DNA of 63,993 bases, counting the filler, from Collodictyon triciliatum (lineage: Eukaryota), in the NCBI GenBank assembly GCA_043381765.1. It is 6 parts of 6 records of this genome, joined end to end, with 100 filler letters (N's around TTAATTAATTAA, not from the genome) between each part and the next. Parts side by side here need not be neighbours in the genome. Positions count along the whole stretch, not along the records: positions 23,982 to 35,863 come from JBHJMP010002290.1; positions 35,964 to 47,849 come from JBHJMP010002291.1; 4 more parts are not named here. One strand, 5' to 3'. Under the pieces are notes generated by a model. It was not told the origin of the DNA. It saw only the letters and a program-made list of their open reading frames with translations, and did not search any database. This document shows, in pieces, positions 29,174 to 44,117 of this stretch; the first letter of the stretch is position 1; every line of letters starts with the position of its first letter. A program made the position numbers and the translations under genes.

Positions 29174-30418
29174 GAGAACTTTGGGGAATGAACCTCTATT
29201 TACTAGCGAAATCTTGTACAGTTGAACCGTAAGAAACAAAATAAGATAGAATGACAGAAAGACTAGATCTGGCAGGGGACGCAGGGTTAGGGTTTTGGAA
29301 GGGTCAGTTAGGTTAGGACTCTGCAGATCGACTTGAAAGGGTGAGTCTTAATTGCAGCTGCAGCTGAGTGTGTCATAGGTCCAAGATTCCCGATGGGCCT
29401 GCGTTGTGAATAACAAGATGGCACGCTTTGGGTTTGTCTGGACTTTGTCAGATGTGAAGCGATGGAGTTGCCGGGTGGTGGGTTTCGTGGTTCAATAGAC
29501 AACAACGCAACGATCACAAAGTTTTTGCAAATCCGGAAAATATATTATATACATTTATAAAAAAAAATATGATGAATTATTTTCACATATTAACATTACA
29601 CCTGTCTATAAAATGTAAATTTAAATATATATATAGATTGAAGAATGGTTTCGTACGAGCTTTGGAGCGATGGTAACGCATCCATTTGTTCTCTTCATCA
29701 GTCGTAAGTAACTTTCGCATACATGACTTACAAATATATTATAATTTATGTATTTTCATTTATATATGATTAATTATGAAAAGTTTGACTAAATATTATA
29801 TGATACCTATAAATTACACATATGGTGTACAGATTGATTTGGTTTTGATTTTTGTTTGGGAGATAATTCCAAAACAGGTAGGCAACGAGACAGGCTTCAG
29901 CGGCAAGGGAGCGCCGACAACGCAATGCCTCTGGGAAACCAAGAATTCCCTCAGAATATTTCCATAATTAGTGCGCACCCTTTTCTGCAACGCGAATCAG
30001 ATCCATGTTCAAAAAAACCGGTCGCGCAGCCAGTACGTGGCCGGGCTACTTAATCGATCCTCCGGGGTTGGAACTATCACCAAGACACCACAATACAAGC
30101 GTCAGGAATCGGTGAGGAACCTGCACCGGGGCTTGCGGACGAAAGTAACCAAGAAAACACCAAACAAACAACGACAATTCCTCAGCGGTTCCAATGCACG
30201 GCAGAGCCACCCACCTACTTATTCTCTGAGCACAGCCTCCGCATTTCCCACCACCATCCAAGTCACAGCCCTCCACGCCGCTGCACCTGCAAAGTCTCCT
30301 CTGAATCAACCAACCAACCAACTGACCAAGGCGCTCCTTCGTTAAATCCACCCTTCCTTCCTTCCCTCCAAGCTAGGAACACAGCGACAGAAGCGAACAA
30401 ACACACGGCCTTATCCGC

Positions 30419-33400
30419 ATGTCCCGCCCAGCCATCTATGCGGGATACCAGGCGCAGCCACGCACTGTTGTTCTCGGCCCTTCCGCCAGCCCACCAAACC
30501 CGCGCTTTCTGTCGCCCCGCTCCCTCCCTTTGGCGACCCTGCGTGTGCCCGAGTACGCCCCTGCTGCCCACGCCCCGCAGCCGGCCTCTCTGCACCTGTC
30601 CATCCCGGCACCACAGCCGCAGCTGCAGCCGCAGCCACAGCACGTGCCCATCACACAGCCACAGCCCCAGCCACAGCACGTATCCTTCATACAGCCCCAG
30701 CCCCAGCCACAGCCACAGCCACAGCATGTATCCGTCATACAGCCCCAGCCACAGGAGCCCCAACCACAGGAGCCCCAACCACAAGAGCCCCAACCACAAG
30801 AGCCCCAGCCCCAGCCACAGCCACAGCCACAGGGGCTTGTCCTCGCAGAGCCCGTGCACGAGATCCCCAAGGGGCTGCCCGACCTCGACCGGCAACTGAT
30901 CGGGTCGCTCAACTCGACAACGCCGTGCTTTGTGCTGTCCGACCCGCACCAGGCCGACAACCCGGTGGTGGCTGCGTCCCAGGAGTTCTTTGAGACGACG
31001 GGCTACAACACCTTCGAGGTTGTGGGCCACAACTGCCGCTTCCTCCAGGGCCCCATGACCGACAGCGAGGCCATTCGGTGCGTTCATGCTCTATTTTGCT
31101 CCTTCTGCTCCTTCTGCTCCTTCTTATCTTGTCTCCTATGTCTGCACGCGCTGCTCCGTCCCTGACGCTAACGCCACCCGCCACCCGCCTCCGCCTCCGT
31201 GCTGCGCAAACAGCACCCTGTCCAGGTCCCTGCGCGGCGGCGAAAAGTCGACAAATGTGCTGCTCAACTACAAGAAGGACGGTTCGCCGTACTGGAACTA
31301 TCTCCGCATCCACCCGCTCGTCGACTCCCANNNNNNNNNNNNNNNNNNNNNNNNNNNNNNNNNNNNNNNNNNNNNNNNNNNNNNNNNNNNNNNNNNNNNN
31401 NNNNNNNNNNNNNNNNNNNNNNNNNNNNNNNNNNNNNNNNNNNNNNNNNNNNNNNNNNNNNNNNNNNNNNNNNNNNNNNNNNNNNNNNNNNNNNNNNNNN
31501 NNNNNNNNNNNNNNNNNNNNNNNNNNNNNNNNNNNNNNNNNNNNNNNNNNNNNNNNNNNNNNNNNNNNNNNNNNNNNNNNNNNNNNNNNNNNNNNNNNNN
31601 NNNNNNNNNNNNNNNNNNNNNNNNNNNNNNNNNNNNNNNNNNNNNNNNNNNNNNNNNNNNNNNNNNNNNNNNNNNNNNNNNNNNNNNNNNNNNNNCTGCC
31701 GCCGCCAGCGTGGCCCGGCTCTTTGCCTCAGACACCGCCACAGACGCCGCCACAGCCACAAACCCCGCCACGAGCGCACCGCCACGCACAAAGAAGGTGC
31801 TGCACAGCGTCAGCGGGTCGGCCATCCCCGGGCAGGTCACGGCAATCATGGGCCCGTCCGGCTCCGGCAAGACCACGCTGCTCAGCATCCTAGGCAACCG
31901 CGTCAAGACTGGCGTCCTCTCCGGCGACGTCCTGTACAACGGCCGCCCTAAGACCAAGCAGATCAAGCGCTTTGTCGGCTTCGTGCTGCAGGTCGGCCCT
32001 CTTTGCCCCTATCCCTAATCCCAATCCCTATCCCTATCCCTATCTGAATCCACACACAGATTGGCAGTCTATTTCCCCTTCCTGGGCCAAATCTCATCGA
32101 CCCGCTGACACTGCGTTTCGCAGGACGACATCCTCTTCGGGGAGCTGACGGTGCGGGAGACGCTGACGATCACGGCACTCCTGCGATTGCCCAACACAAT
32201 GACGCGGGAGCAGAAGCTGCTGCGCGTGGAAGAGGTGATTGGGACGCTGGGGCTGGCAAAGTGTGCCGGGTCGCTGATTGGCAGTGCATTCCAGCGCGGG
32301 GTGTCTGGCGGGGAGCGCAAGCGCGTGAACGTGGGCAACGAGCTGATCACCGACCCGAGCGTGCTGATGCTGGACGAACCGACATCCGGGCTGGACTCGT
32401 CCACGGCATATCTGCTGCTGGTCACGCTCAAGCGGCTTGCGGCGCAGGGCAAGACCATCATCCTATCCATCCACCAACCCTCCAGCCAGATGTTTGCCAT
32501 GCTCGACCAACTCATCCTGCTGGCCGACGGGCACGTGGCTTACCAGGGCCCCGGCGCAAAGACCCTGGCCTACTTTGCGCATCTGGGCTTCGACTGCCCG
32601 CCCGGCTTCAACATGGCCGACTATCTCATGGACATCCTGACCGACCAGGACCTGCAGACCGCCGATGCCGCATCCGCATCTGCGCCGGGGTCCCCATCCA
32701 GCCAGCCTGCCAAGACCCGCCCCGAGTCCTCCAAGAAGAAACTGATCGACGCCTACCGCAAGAGCGTCAAACCCGCCGTCGTGGCCGCCATCGAGGCCTA
32801 TGTCGACACTCAGAGGCTCGGCTCTCAGTCCATCGTGCCACCTGGTGCTAAGTCCGACCCGGCCCTCTCCGTCACACAGGCAGAGACTGCCACTGTCAAC
32901 ACCGCTGCCGACACGCAGATCCCCGGCCAGGACCAAGCGCAGGTCCAGAAGGAGGACACGGTGTGGCCCACCACGCTGTGGCAGCAGTACACCGTGCTCT
33001 GCTCGCGTGCTTTCAAGCTCAAGCGCGGCCAGACCCTCAAGTCCCTCCTGTTCTGGCAGTACATCGCCATGTCCGCCATCGTCGGCGCCATCTGGTTCCA
33101 GGTCGGCACGGACGAGGAGAATCTGCGCAATCGTGTCGGCGTCATCTTCTTCCTCACAATATACTGGTCCTTCCAGTCCCTCTTCAGCGCACTCAGCACT
33201 TTCCCAGGAGAGCGAGGCATTCTCCTCAAGGAAAGGGCCTCCGGCTCTTACAGGCTACTCGCCTATTACCTGGCAAAATCCACAGCCGAGTTGCCCTTTG
33301 AACTTCTGTGGCCCTCTTTCTCTCTTCTGATTGTCTACTGGGTCGCCGGCTTGAATCCCGACCCAGGTCACTTTTTCTTGTTCTGGTTCTGCTTGCTCCT

Positions 33401-33827
33401 CAATTGCTTCACCGCGCAGTCCCTGGGCCTGACCATCAGCGCAAGCGTCACAGACTTTCAGAAGGCCATCGTCATCGCCGCTACCAGCATGCTTGCTTCC
33501 ATGCTTATTAGTGGATTCTATGCCAAAATCGAGACAATCCCAGAGGGAATCCGCGAGCTGAGATACGCCACGTTCATCTTATATGCCTTTAATGTCCTGC
33601 TCAAGGTGGATGTGTCTGGTGACATCAAGTTCCGCTGCTCAAAAGACCCAGGATACTTTTCCACCTATGAGGCCTGCCCAGATGCAGAGTTTATTCCACA
33701 CGAACAAATTCTCGAGGAGTACCGAGCTGACCTTTCTCCTGGTCAGTACATTGCCATCATGTTCCTCTTTACCATAGTTATGCGCTTCATCGCATACAAA
33801 GCATTACAATACTCCAGTAAGGCCTAG
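30419..33827 (+). CDS. Putative LOV-domain / ABCG half-transporter fusion (P/Q-rich N-terminus, LOV, NBD, ABC2 membrane domain)
   Basis: Exon 30419-31077; intron 31078-31213; exon from 31214 through gap 31331-31695 to 31991; intron 31992-32123; exon 32124-33827 (TAG). LOV: FVLSDPHQADNPVVAASQEFFETTGY..EVVGHNCRFLQGPMTD...LLNYKKDGSPYWNYLRIHP. ABCG: GPSGSGKT, VSGGERKRV, LMLDEPTSGLD, SIHQP, then hydrophobic TM helices with ER..LLKERASGSY. Each domain is high confidence; the single-gene call depends on the gap. Confidence 0.75.
30610..30831 (+). repeat. Coding tandem repeats encoding (QP)n and (QEPQP)n upstream of the LOV domain
   Basis: CAGCCA/CAGCCC units and 15-nt CARGAGCCCCARCC-like units, in frame. 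Confidence 0.85.
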
Positions 33828-34571
33828 AAACGGCATACTCGTGGCCCCAACTCTAGTGTTGTCTTTTTTTTCTTCTTCTTCTCTTTATTATTGTTTTTTG
33901 CCCTCCCTTCCAATCCCTTTCCTTTGGATTNNNNNNNNNNNNNNNNNNNNNNNNNNNNNNNNNNNNNNNNNNNNNNNNNNNNNNNNNNNNNNNNNNNNNN
34001 NNNNNNNNNNNNNNNNNNNNNNNNNNNNNNNNNNNNNNNNNNNNNNNNNNNNNNNNNNNNNNNNNNNNNNNNNNNNNNNNNNNNNNNNNNNNNNNNNNNN
34101 NNNNNNNNNNNNNNNNNNNNNNNNNNNNNNNNNNNNNNNNNNNNNNNNNNNNNNNNNNNNNNNNNNNNNNNNNNNNNNNNNNNNNNNNNNNNNNNNNNNN
34201 NNNNNNNNNNNNNNNNNNNNNNNNNNNNNNNNNNNNNNNNNNNNNNNNNNNNNNNNNNNNNNNNNNNNNNNNNNNNNNNNNNNNNNNNNNNNNNNNNNNN
34301 NNNNNNNNNNNNNNNNNNNNNNNNNNNNNNNNNNNNNNNNNNNNNNNNNNNNNNNNNNNNNNNNNNNNNNNNNNNNNNNNNNNNNNNNNNNNNNNNNNNN
34401 NNNNNNNNNNNNNNNNNNNNNNNNNNNNNNNNNNNNNNNNNNNNNNNNNNNNNNNNNNNNNNNNNNNNNNNNNNNNNNNNNNNNNNNNNNNNNNNNNNNN
34501 NNNNNNNNNNNNNNNNNNNNNNNNNNNNNNNNNNNNNNNNNNNNNNNNNNNNNNNNNNNNNNNNNNNNNNN

Positions 34572-35700
34572 CGAAATTATTCCGATGACCCGTCTCGATT
34601 TCGAATCAAGGCTGAAAGAGAAAGAGTCTGTCGCTCCGTGGACAAAATCCCCCACAATCACACCAGTTTCTACACCTGCACCAAATGTAAGTACGGGAAC
34701 CACACGAAGCTTTTTGTGACAGCATAAAAACCTGTTGTATATTTGTGTGCCAACGAGTTGTAATCCAATCTTTGCCGTTCACTTTGGGTGTATATTATAT
34801 ACTAGGTCAAATCTATGCAAGAGATTTTATTCGAAGAACAGAAGAAAAAAGCAGAGTCTTCGAATCCCAAGGAAAAGTATGTTTTCATCACATCTCATTT
34901 TTGTTTTCTATTCGCATTTATTCACTCACCGTTTAGAATTTATTAAAAGTATTGCCTTTTCTTTTTTGCATCACTTACCTTTCATTCAAAGACCTCAGCA
35001 GAGCGTTTGGTACAAACCTGTAAGTTATTATTAATAGGTTTATAACTGATTATTTTTTACCACGAGAATGTAATTTATTTCATGCACCCCCCTGATGGAT
35101 ACATTTACTGCAAAACTTGATTCAACCTGAAATAGGATGCAGAGAAGCAAAAGAGCTTGTCGGACATATTCTCTGAGGAGAAGAAAAAGAAACAAGAGGA
35201 GGAAATGATGCAGGACATTCTTCGCCAAATAGAGGAGATGGAGGAAAACGACAGAAAACGAAAGGAAGCGTAAGTGCACTCCAGTTAGAACCCGATGTTG
35301 ATTTCTGCAAGACGAAGAAAAATATTACCGGTTTATTTTTCCATTCATATTGGAGACGACTTCTGATACTTTTGTTCGCTCGTTCCTGAAAAAGGAGAAA
35401 TGCATATACTCTTCTGACAATAAGACAAAATTGCCAGGGAGGAACGTGAGAGACAGAGACTTCAGAATCAAAAACAAAACAGCAGCAGAAATCGTCGCTC
35501 GGACGGAGGAAACCGCGTAAAAAAAAAAAAAATCAATTGCTTTATAATATTTGCACAGTGATGTCTCTAAAATAAATAATCGTGGAGAAATGACCTCTTG
35601 ATGTTTGATAGCAAAATAAATTGAGTTTATGCTTCTCTTTTACGTGCAGGAAAATGGTAGAGATAGACACTCACAATCGCAACCGCCAGGTGAAGCAAAT
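34572..35700 (+). CDS. Internal or C-terminal fragment of a charged protein with repeated W...S[LM].[ED]I..EE motifs (reminiscent of IBTK/GYF-protein tails)
   Basis: In-frame exons: ...APWTKSPTITPVSTPAPN / VKSMQEILFEEQKKK / PQQSVWYKP / DAEKQKSLSDIFSEEKKKKQEEEMMQDILRQIEEMEE. The 5' end lies in gap 33931-34571. The family resemblance is weak. Confidence 0.5.
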
Positions 35701-35863
35701 GAAATCATCCAATTTTTCTTTTGCTTTGTTATCTTATTATCCCCTTCTTTTTTCTTTATTTTGCATTTTGTCTTTTGTCTTTTGTCTTTTGTCTTTTGTC
35801 TTTTGTCTTTTGTCTTTTGTCTTTTGTCTTTTGTCTTTTGTCTTTTGTCTTTTGTCTTTTGTC

Positions 35864-35963
35864 NNNNNNNNNNNNNNNNNNNNNNNNNNNNNNNNNNNNN
35901 NNNNNNNTTAATTAATTAANNNNNNNNNNNNNNNNNNNNNNNNNNNNNNNNNNNNNNNNNNNN
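35864..35963. other. Artificial scaffold spacer
   Basis: 44N + TTAATTAATTAA (35908-35919) + 44N. Confidence 0.97.
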
Positions 35964-35996
35964 GAGGACGCTTCAAAAAAAAAAAAACAAGGAAAA

Positions 35997-36034
<38 letters not shown>

Positions 36035-37852
36035 AAAAATACATACAAGTCATCTCTTCATGACCATTAACAGCATGTGACAGAGCCATATTGCCTTGGG
36101 GTGAGATATGCGTGGAGTTGTGCATGATTCAATTTTCTGTCGTTTCATTTCCCCCGTTGTTGGGCTTGGTATCTATGCAGCGCTTTGGCCCTTGCAGGCA
36201 TTTTCAGCTTTTCCACATATGTCACAATAACATTAGTTAATTTAGTATAGATAACTGAATCATCAGACTCAGCTTATTACGACCGTACTGTGGGTTGATG
36301 TCAAATAATCACTACTGGAAATTACGGGTGATGACAAAGTTCTTTAGAGAGTTGTTGGACTTGTAAAGGGCTATTTTTTACAAATGAAAAAATCTATTTG
36401 CATCTCAATTCACTGAATATTTTAGTGGTGTGTCATCCAATTGAAAAATTTGTTCCCAATACGGACGCGGTGAGACTAGATTTTCCAATTTCGTTAGCTA
36501 AAGAAGGATATAAGGTAGTGTGTGGCTATTTTGCGTTATGATATGTGCAGAAAGCATGAGAAAGAGAAGCAAAGCAAGAATTACATGAAAAAAGTATATA
36601 GCAGATTCGGGTTCTTGCCATGACGTTGTGGTTGGTGGTTGTTCGCACATTAACAAATTCACTATATTTTGCCGATTTTTCCGATTTCAAATTGGACGTA
36701 ATTTTTCGGAAAGCATATTGGCACAACCGATTCGACTTTGCCGTTTCTCTGCGGGCGTGGATTGTGTCACGGGTTGTCCTTTGTTCTTTAGTCACCAGAG
36801 CTCGATTAGCCTGGTGGTTGTGGGGTGGTAGGGAAAACAGCAAGCTGAACCTAGAAAAAAATAATAGGGAATGAAGGCTGTCCAAATCCCACAACACCAC
36901 AAGGAGGCGCAACAGGGAATTGGACCGACAACTACTGCCATACGACCGGCCGTGAAGGCGCAAGAAGCGGGGCGAGATGAGAGACCGAGTGGGTGGATAA
37001 ATACTGCGACTGGATGGGTGCGCACTACCCTATGTAACTCGCAGAGCAAATTGAAAGTTTTGACGGTCCAGCAAACATAATCGAAGCAATCTGAAGGTGT
37101 TTGAGAATCCATTATTCCGATTGGTGGTTTGGGTGGGCTTCTCATAGACTGCGTTATATAGAGGAAAGCACAGCGCCTGACTTTGATGTGTTGCTCTGGC
37201 TGGGGCACAGGAATGCTGTCCGATTCAGCAGCAATCAGAGCGTATCGGAAAAGAAGGCGAGGATGCACATGAGTGATGGTGACTCTATTTAAGCCAAAGA
37301 CTATGCAGCCCGAAACAAAATTCGGAATGGGTTTGAAGCGAAGCGCAAGGGGAAGAGCGACGTCTGTATTGGATACGCTGTTTCTGGTCTGAATTGGTTT
37401 CTTTTATTTTCCTTTGCGGTTGGTCGGGAAAACACCACAATATAAAAGCAGAAGGAGGCAGCATTGTGCATTTTGCCAGCAGACATTTGGAAAGACCCAC
37501 CCACCACGATTCTACGAGAGATCGAGCGCCTCGCTCAGCCCCTACACTCGGTGGGCTTAAGCGCGAGTGCATCAGAGCCTTTGATGGACCTCTCTCGGAT
37601 ACACTTACATCGACTTTGAACCAGCCTAAACACAAACACAACACAACACAAACACAACACAACACAAACACAACACATACACGCACACACATACACACAC
37701 CGATCACTAGTCATTCCAACACATCGCCTTCCTCGATCTATTTTTTTTTTTTTTTTTTGCGTCCTGTCTCTGAATAGTTCCAACCGAAAGCACGAAGCAG
37801 AGACTGCAAACCCTTGCCCAAAGGGCGAAAAGACCAGAACAGCACCAGACCA

Positions 37853-38409
37853 ATGGCTGAGACTATTCCGTCCATCCACACGTTGTTTGCCCTCTGCGAG
37901 ACAGCGCGACTCATCGCATCCTCAGAAACAGCCAACCAACACAATGTTTGCTGATACCACTCTTGCTTATTCCTTCATCCCTCCACTGTTTTTCATCGTT
38001 CACACCATGGTTCCCATGACATAGAAACACACGGGGATTGCAGATCCCCGCGCAGCTTCATCCCCGGCATCCTCGTCTTCTTCCTCGTCCTCCTCGCGTC
38101 TCTGCCTTACGCGCCCAGTCACTCTCCACCCCAGCACATCCACGTCCACCTCCACGTCTGCCCAACTCACTTCAGAGGTACTTTCCTCTGCCTCGAGTTC
38201 GTTTTCCTTTATCTTTGTTACGCGCTGCCATTCTTCGTTTCATTCACACAATATAATTCCTGCAGGACTCATGGAGATTCCCTGCCCATGCATTGCGCCC
38301 TCACAAAGCTACACAAAAGGTTCGTTCCAGCCACGAGCATTGATGAGCAATGAAAAAAAAAAGATAAGAATAATAGTAAACGACAAAATAGTCATCTAAT
38401 CATGAAAAT

Positions 38410-38504
<95 letters not shown>

Positions 38505-39344
38505 AAAAAGAAGGTTTATGACACAGATCGAACTCGACACTGCCATCGTTGCTTAAAAGTATGCACTTTTTTTAAACACCACGATAGGTATCAACTCCTG
38601 ATGCGTGCGACCCTTATGACCAGAAGGCCGACTACAAACCAAGGGATGACGATACCCGACATAAAGATGAGGCTACGCTTTCAATCGACGACGCATTGGA
38701 TGAAAAGTGCGAAGATGATGCTATTGACCCAGAGTCTCGCAGGTTAGTCCGTGCACGGTTTCCTTACCCTCCTACGACCCATTCCTGGTATTCACAGACT
38801 TGTTGGGCACATGCGCAGGATGAGGGAGGTTGTTTTTCAACAGCCCCTCCAGTTTGGACTGCCGATCAACAGACGAAACCCAACCATAGGCCACATCGTC
38901 GCACAGTATGTCAGTCAGCTGGAAAGGCGAAACTCCTACTGGGACAAAAAGGTGTGTCTATTTTTTTCATTTCTTTGGCATAACTTTATTATTAGAGAAT
39001 GCAGTATACTCCATAAAACAGGCGCATGATGCGCGATTGGGAGTGGACTGGAATAAAAGCTTGCTCATTCTCACACAAGGACATCAACCCTGTTTCATAC
39101 AGAGCACCTGTGTTAAGAGGCGGAAGAGAACCGTCGTGCATTCTCCAGATGAGATTGAGTCCAAGATTCGCACGGGCAAGAAATGCAAGGCTCGTGTCCC
39201 AGGTAGAAACTCTATAACTTTATATTATATCTATGTGAATTGGGCTGTGAATTTGTTCTCTGTTTCCATGTGCACCGTAGCGCCCCTTACCAACCCCCTC
39301 TTTTGCTGGCCATTCTAGTTGCTTCGACGACAGCCGATTCGTAG
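37853..39344 (+). CDS. Hypothetical 7-exon protein, Ser-rich, with a basic NLS-like patch and an ELM2-start-like C-terminal motif
   Basis: MAETIPSIHTLFALCETARLIAS... continues through frame-consistent GT-AG exons to ...KRRKRTVVHSPDEIESKIRTGKKCKARVPVASTTADS* (TAG 39342-39344). Confidence 0.55.
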
Positions 39345-40054
39345 CAGTCAAACAAACTGTGATTACGCCCCTGGTGAAATTGGACATGACGGCGCGATAG
39401 CTTCTTCATTAATACATCCCCAGGCTTGTGTCTCGGCTCCATTATCTTCTTCATGGGACTCTATATGCGTTCCTCCTTCTCCAACACACAGCACACAAAT
39501 ATTATGTACTCCTCCGACCCATCTTCGCTTGCAATTGCCAGACACCACATCACCCAGCTCTATCTTACCATCCCTCTCTCCAGACCTCCTCTTTTCTTAA
39601 TAATAAAAAAAAAACTCCGATAAAGCAAAAGGAAGGTGACACAACTTGGCTGGGGTTAACAGCGGTTCTCATAGCACAACATATATTTCAAGAGCTCCGC
39701 ACGCCCAACCTCAAGTATCGCTCCTTCCTTTTCCCCTGTTTTCTTTCCCTCCTTCTCATGGCCTCATATTTGTAAACAAAGAATCAGCTCCGAAAGTGTG
39801 GGTGTTTGTGTTTGTGTGAAAAGAAAAGAAAATAAAGGAGAAAGAGCGAGAGAGCACCGCTGCGTGAGACAGCCATCCGATGTGGTAGTGGCGAACCATC
39901 CCAAGCACACGTCGCAGCGAAGACACTACAAGCACCTACTTCCGTACAGCCTGAAAAAAAAAGTAAAGATACAAAGCATCCACACCACGCGCCACACAAT
40001 AGACCGGTGAGAGCAGGAGCCAAGGGTCCGCAGAAGAACGAGCAGTAGAAGACT

Positions 40055-43158
<3,104 letters not shown>

Positions 43159-43816
43159 ACAGCTTACGAATAAATCTGGATAAATCTAAGGAATGATTTG
43201 TTGAAATATGGAGAAAATATCTATTTTCAAATTATTATACGACATTGACTGTGAGAAAAGCTCGGTTTGTAAATTGATCTGCACAGATGTTCTCCAGTAA
43301 TGGCATGTGAATTTTCCTTTTAGGTATGTAGTGTGGGGCACCACAATTGCGCAACACTGAGTAAGATACAGGTGTTACCATTTTAGATGTGAAATGATAT
43401 ATAGTTGGTAAATCTGAAGCGTGTTCGCTATTCATGAGCACTCGATTCTAATTTTAGAGCTGCACGAAACGTTATTATAAACGCATTCCGCTCTATTTTC
43501 CAATTCGTCGTAATGGATTCCTTCCCAGCCCAAAAAAAAAAAATAGAAAAAGAAAAAGAAAAAGGAAGAAAAAGAAAAGGAAAACCCAATAAACCCACAC
43601 GCAGAGGGCAGCAAAAGGCCATTTGATTGGTGAACCCCTCCACCGATTTTTTATTTTTCGCAGCATTTTGTGTGGGGACATATAGATCACCCAAGCAGCA
43701 CCACCACTTAGCAAGTGTTGTTTACCCAGCTCGTTCTTTCTGCGAGGAACTAGTTGTGATCGACGAATGATCACTAATTATTTTTCTATCAGCGAATATA
43801 AGCAGCGGAAACGATC

Positions 43817-43864
43817 GATCACACGATCACACGATCACACGATCACACGATCACACGATCACAC
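43817..43864 (+). repeat. (GATCACAC)6 tandem array upstream of the homeobox gene
   Basis: Six perfect 8-nt units, just after a TATAAG element at ~43797. Confidence 0.9.
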
Positions 43865-44117
43865 ACTATCCCTTGACTATTCCTAACCCTCTCGAGAGCA
43901 AAACCCGCAACCCTCTCGCCAGCCTCGCACCAAGAAACGCGTGTGCTACGCCTTTGTATTTTTATGCAAACAAAAAAAAAAAAGAAGAAAAACAACCAAG
44001 ACGAGAGTCCTCGCTGGCCAATTCCAGACAGAGTGGCCGGGACAACCGGGACAAAGCCACTAACGCCAGCACGCAAACGGCAGAGCGTGATCGAGAACGA
44101 GAAGGAGAGGCCGAGCG

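Noticed and set aside
29283-29318. Telomere-like AGGGTTAGGG / telo-box upstream of the coiled-coil gene
   Set aside because: Fewer than two full units; not distinguishable from chance, and not a telomere.
43817-43864. CRISPR-like or other spacer-containing array
   Set aside because: No unique spacers and a eukaryotic context; no CRISPR array, tRNA or rRNA was recognised anywhere in the window.
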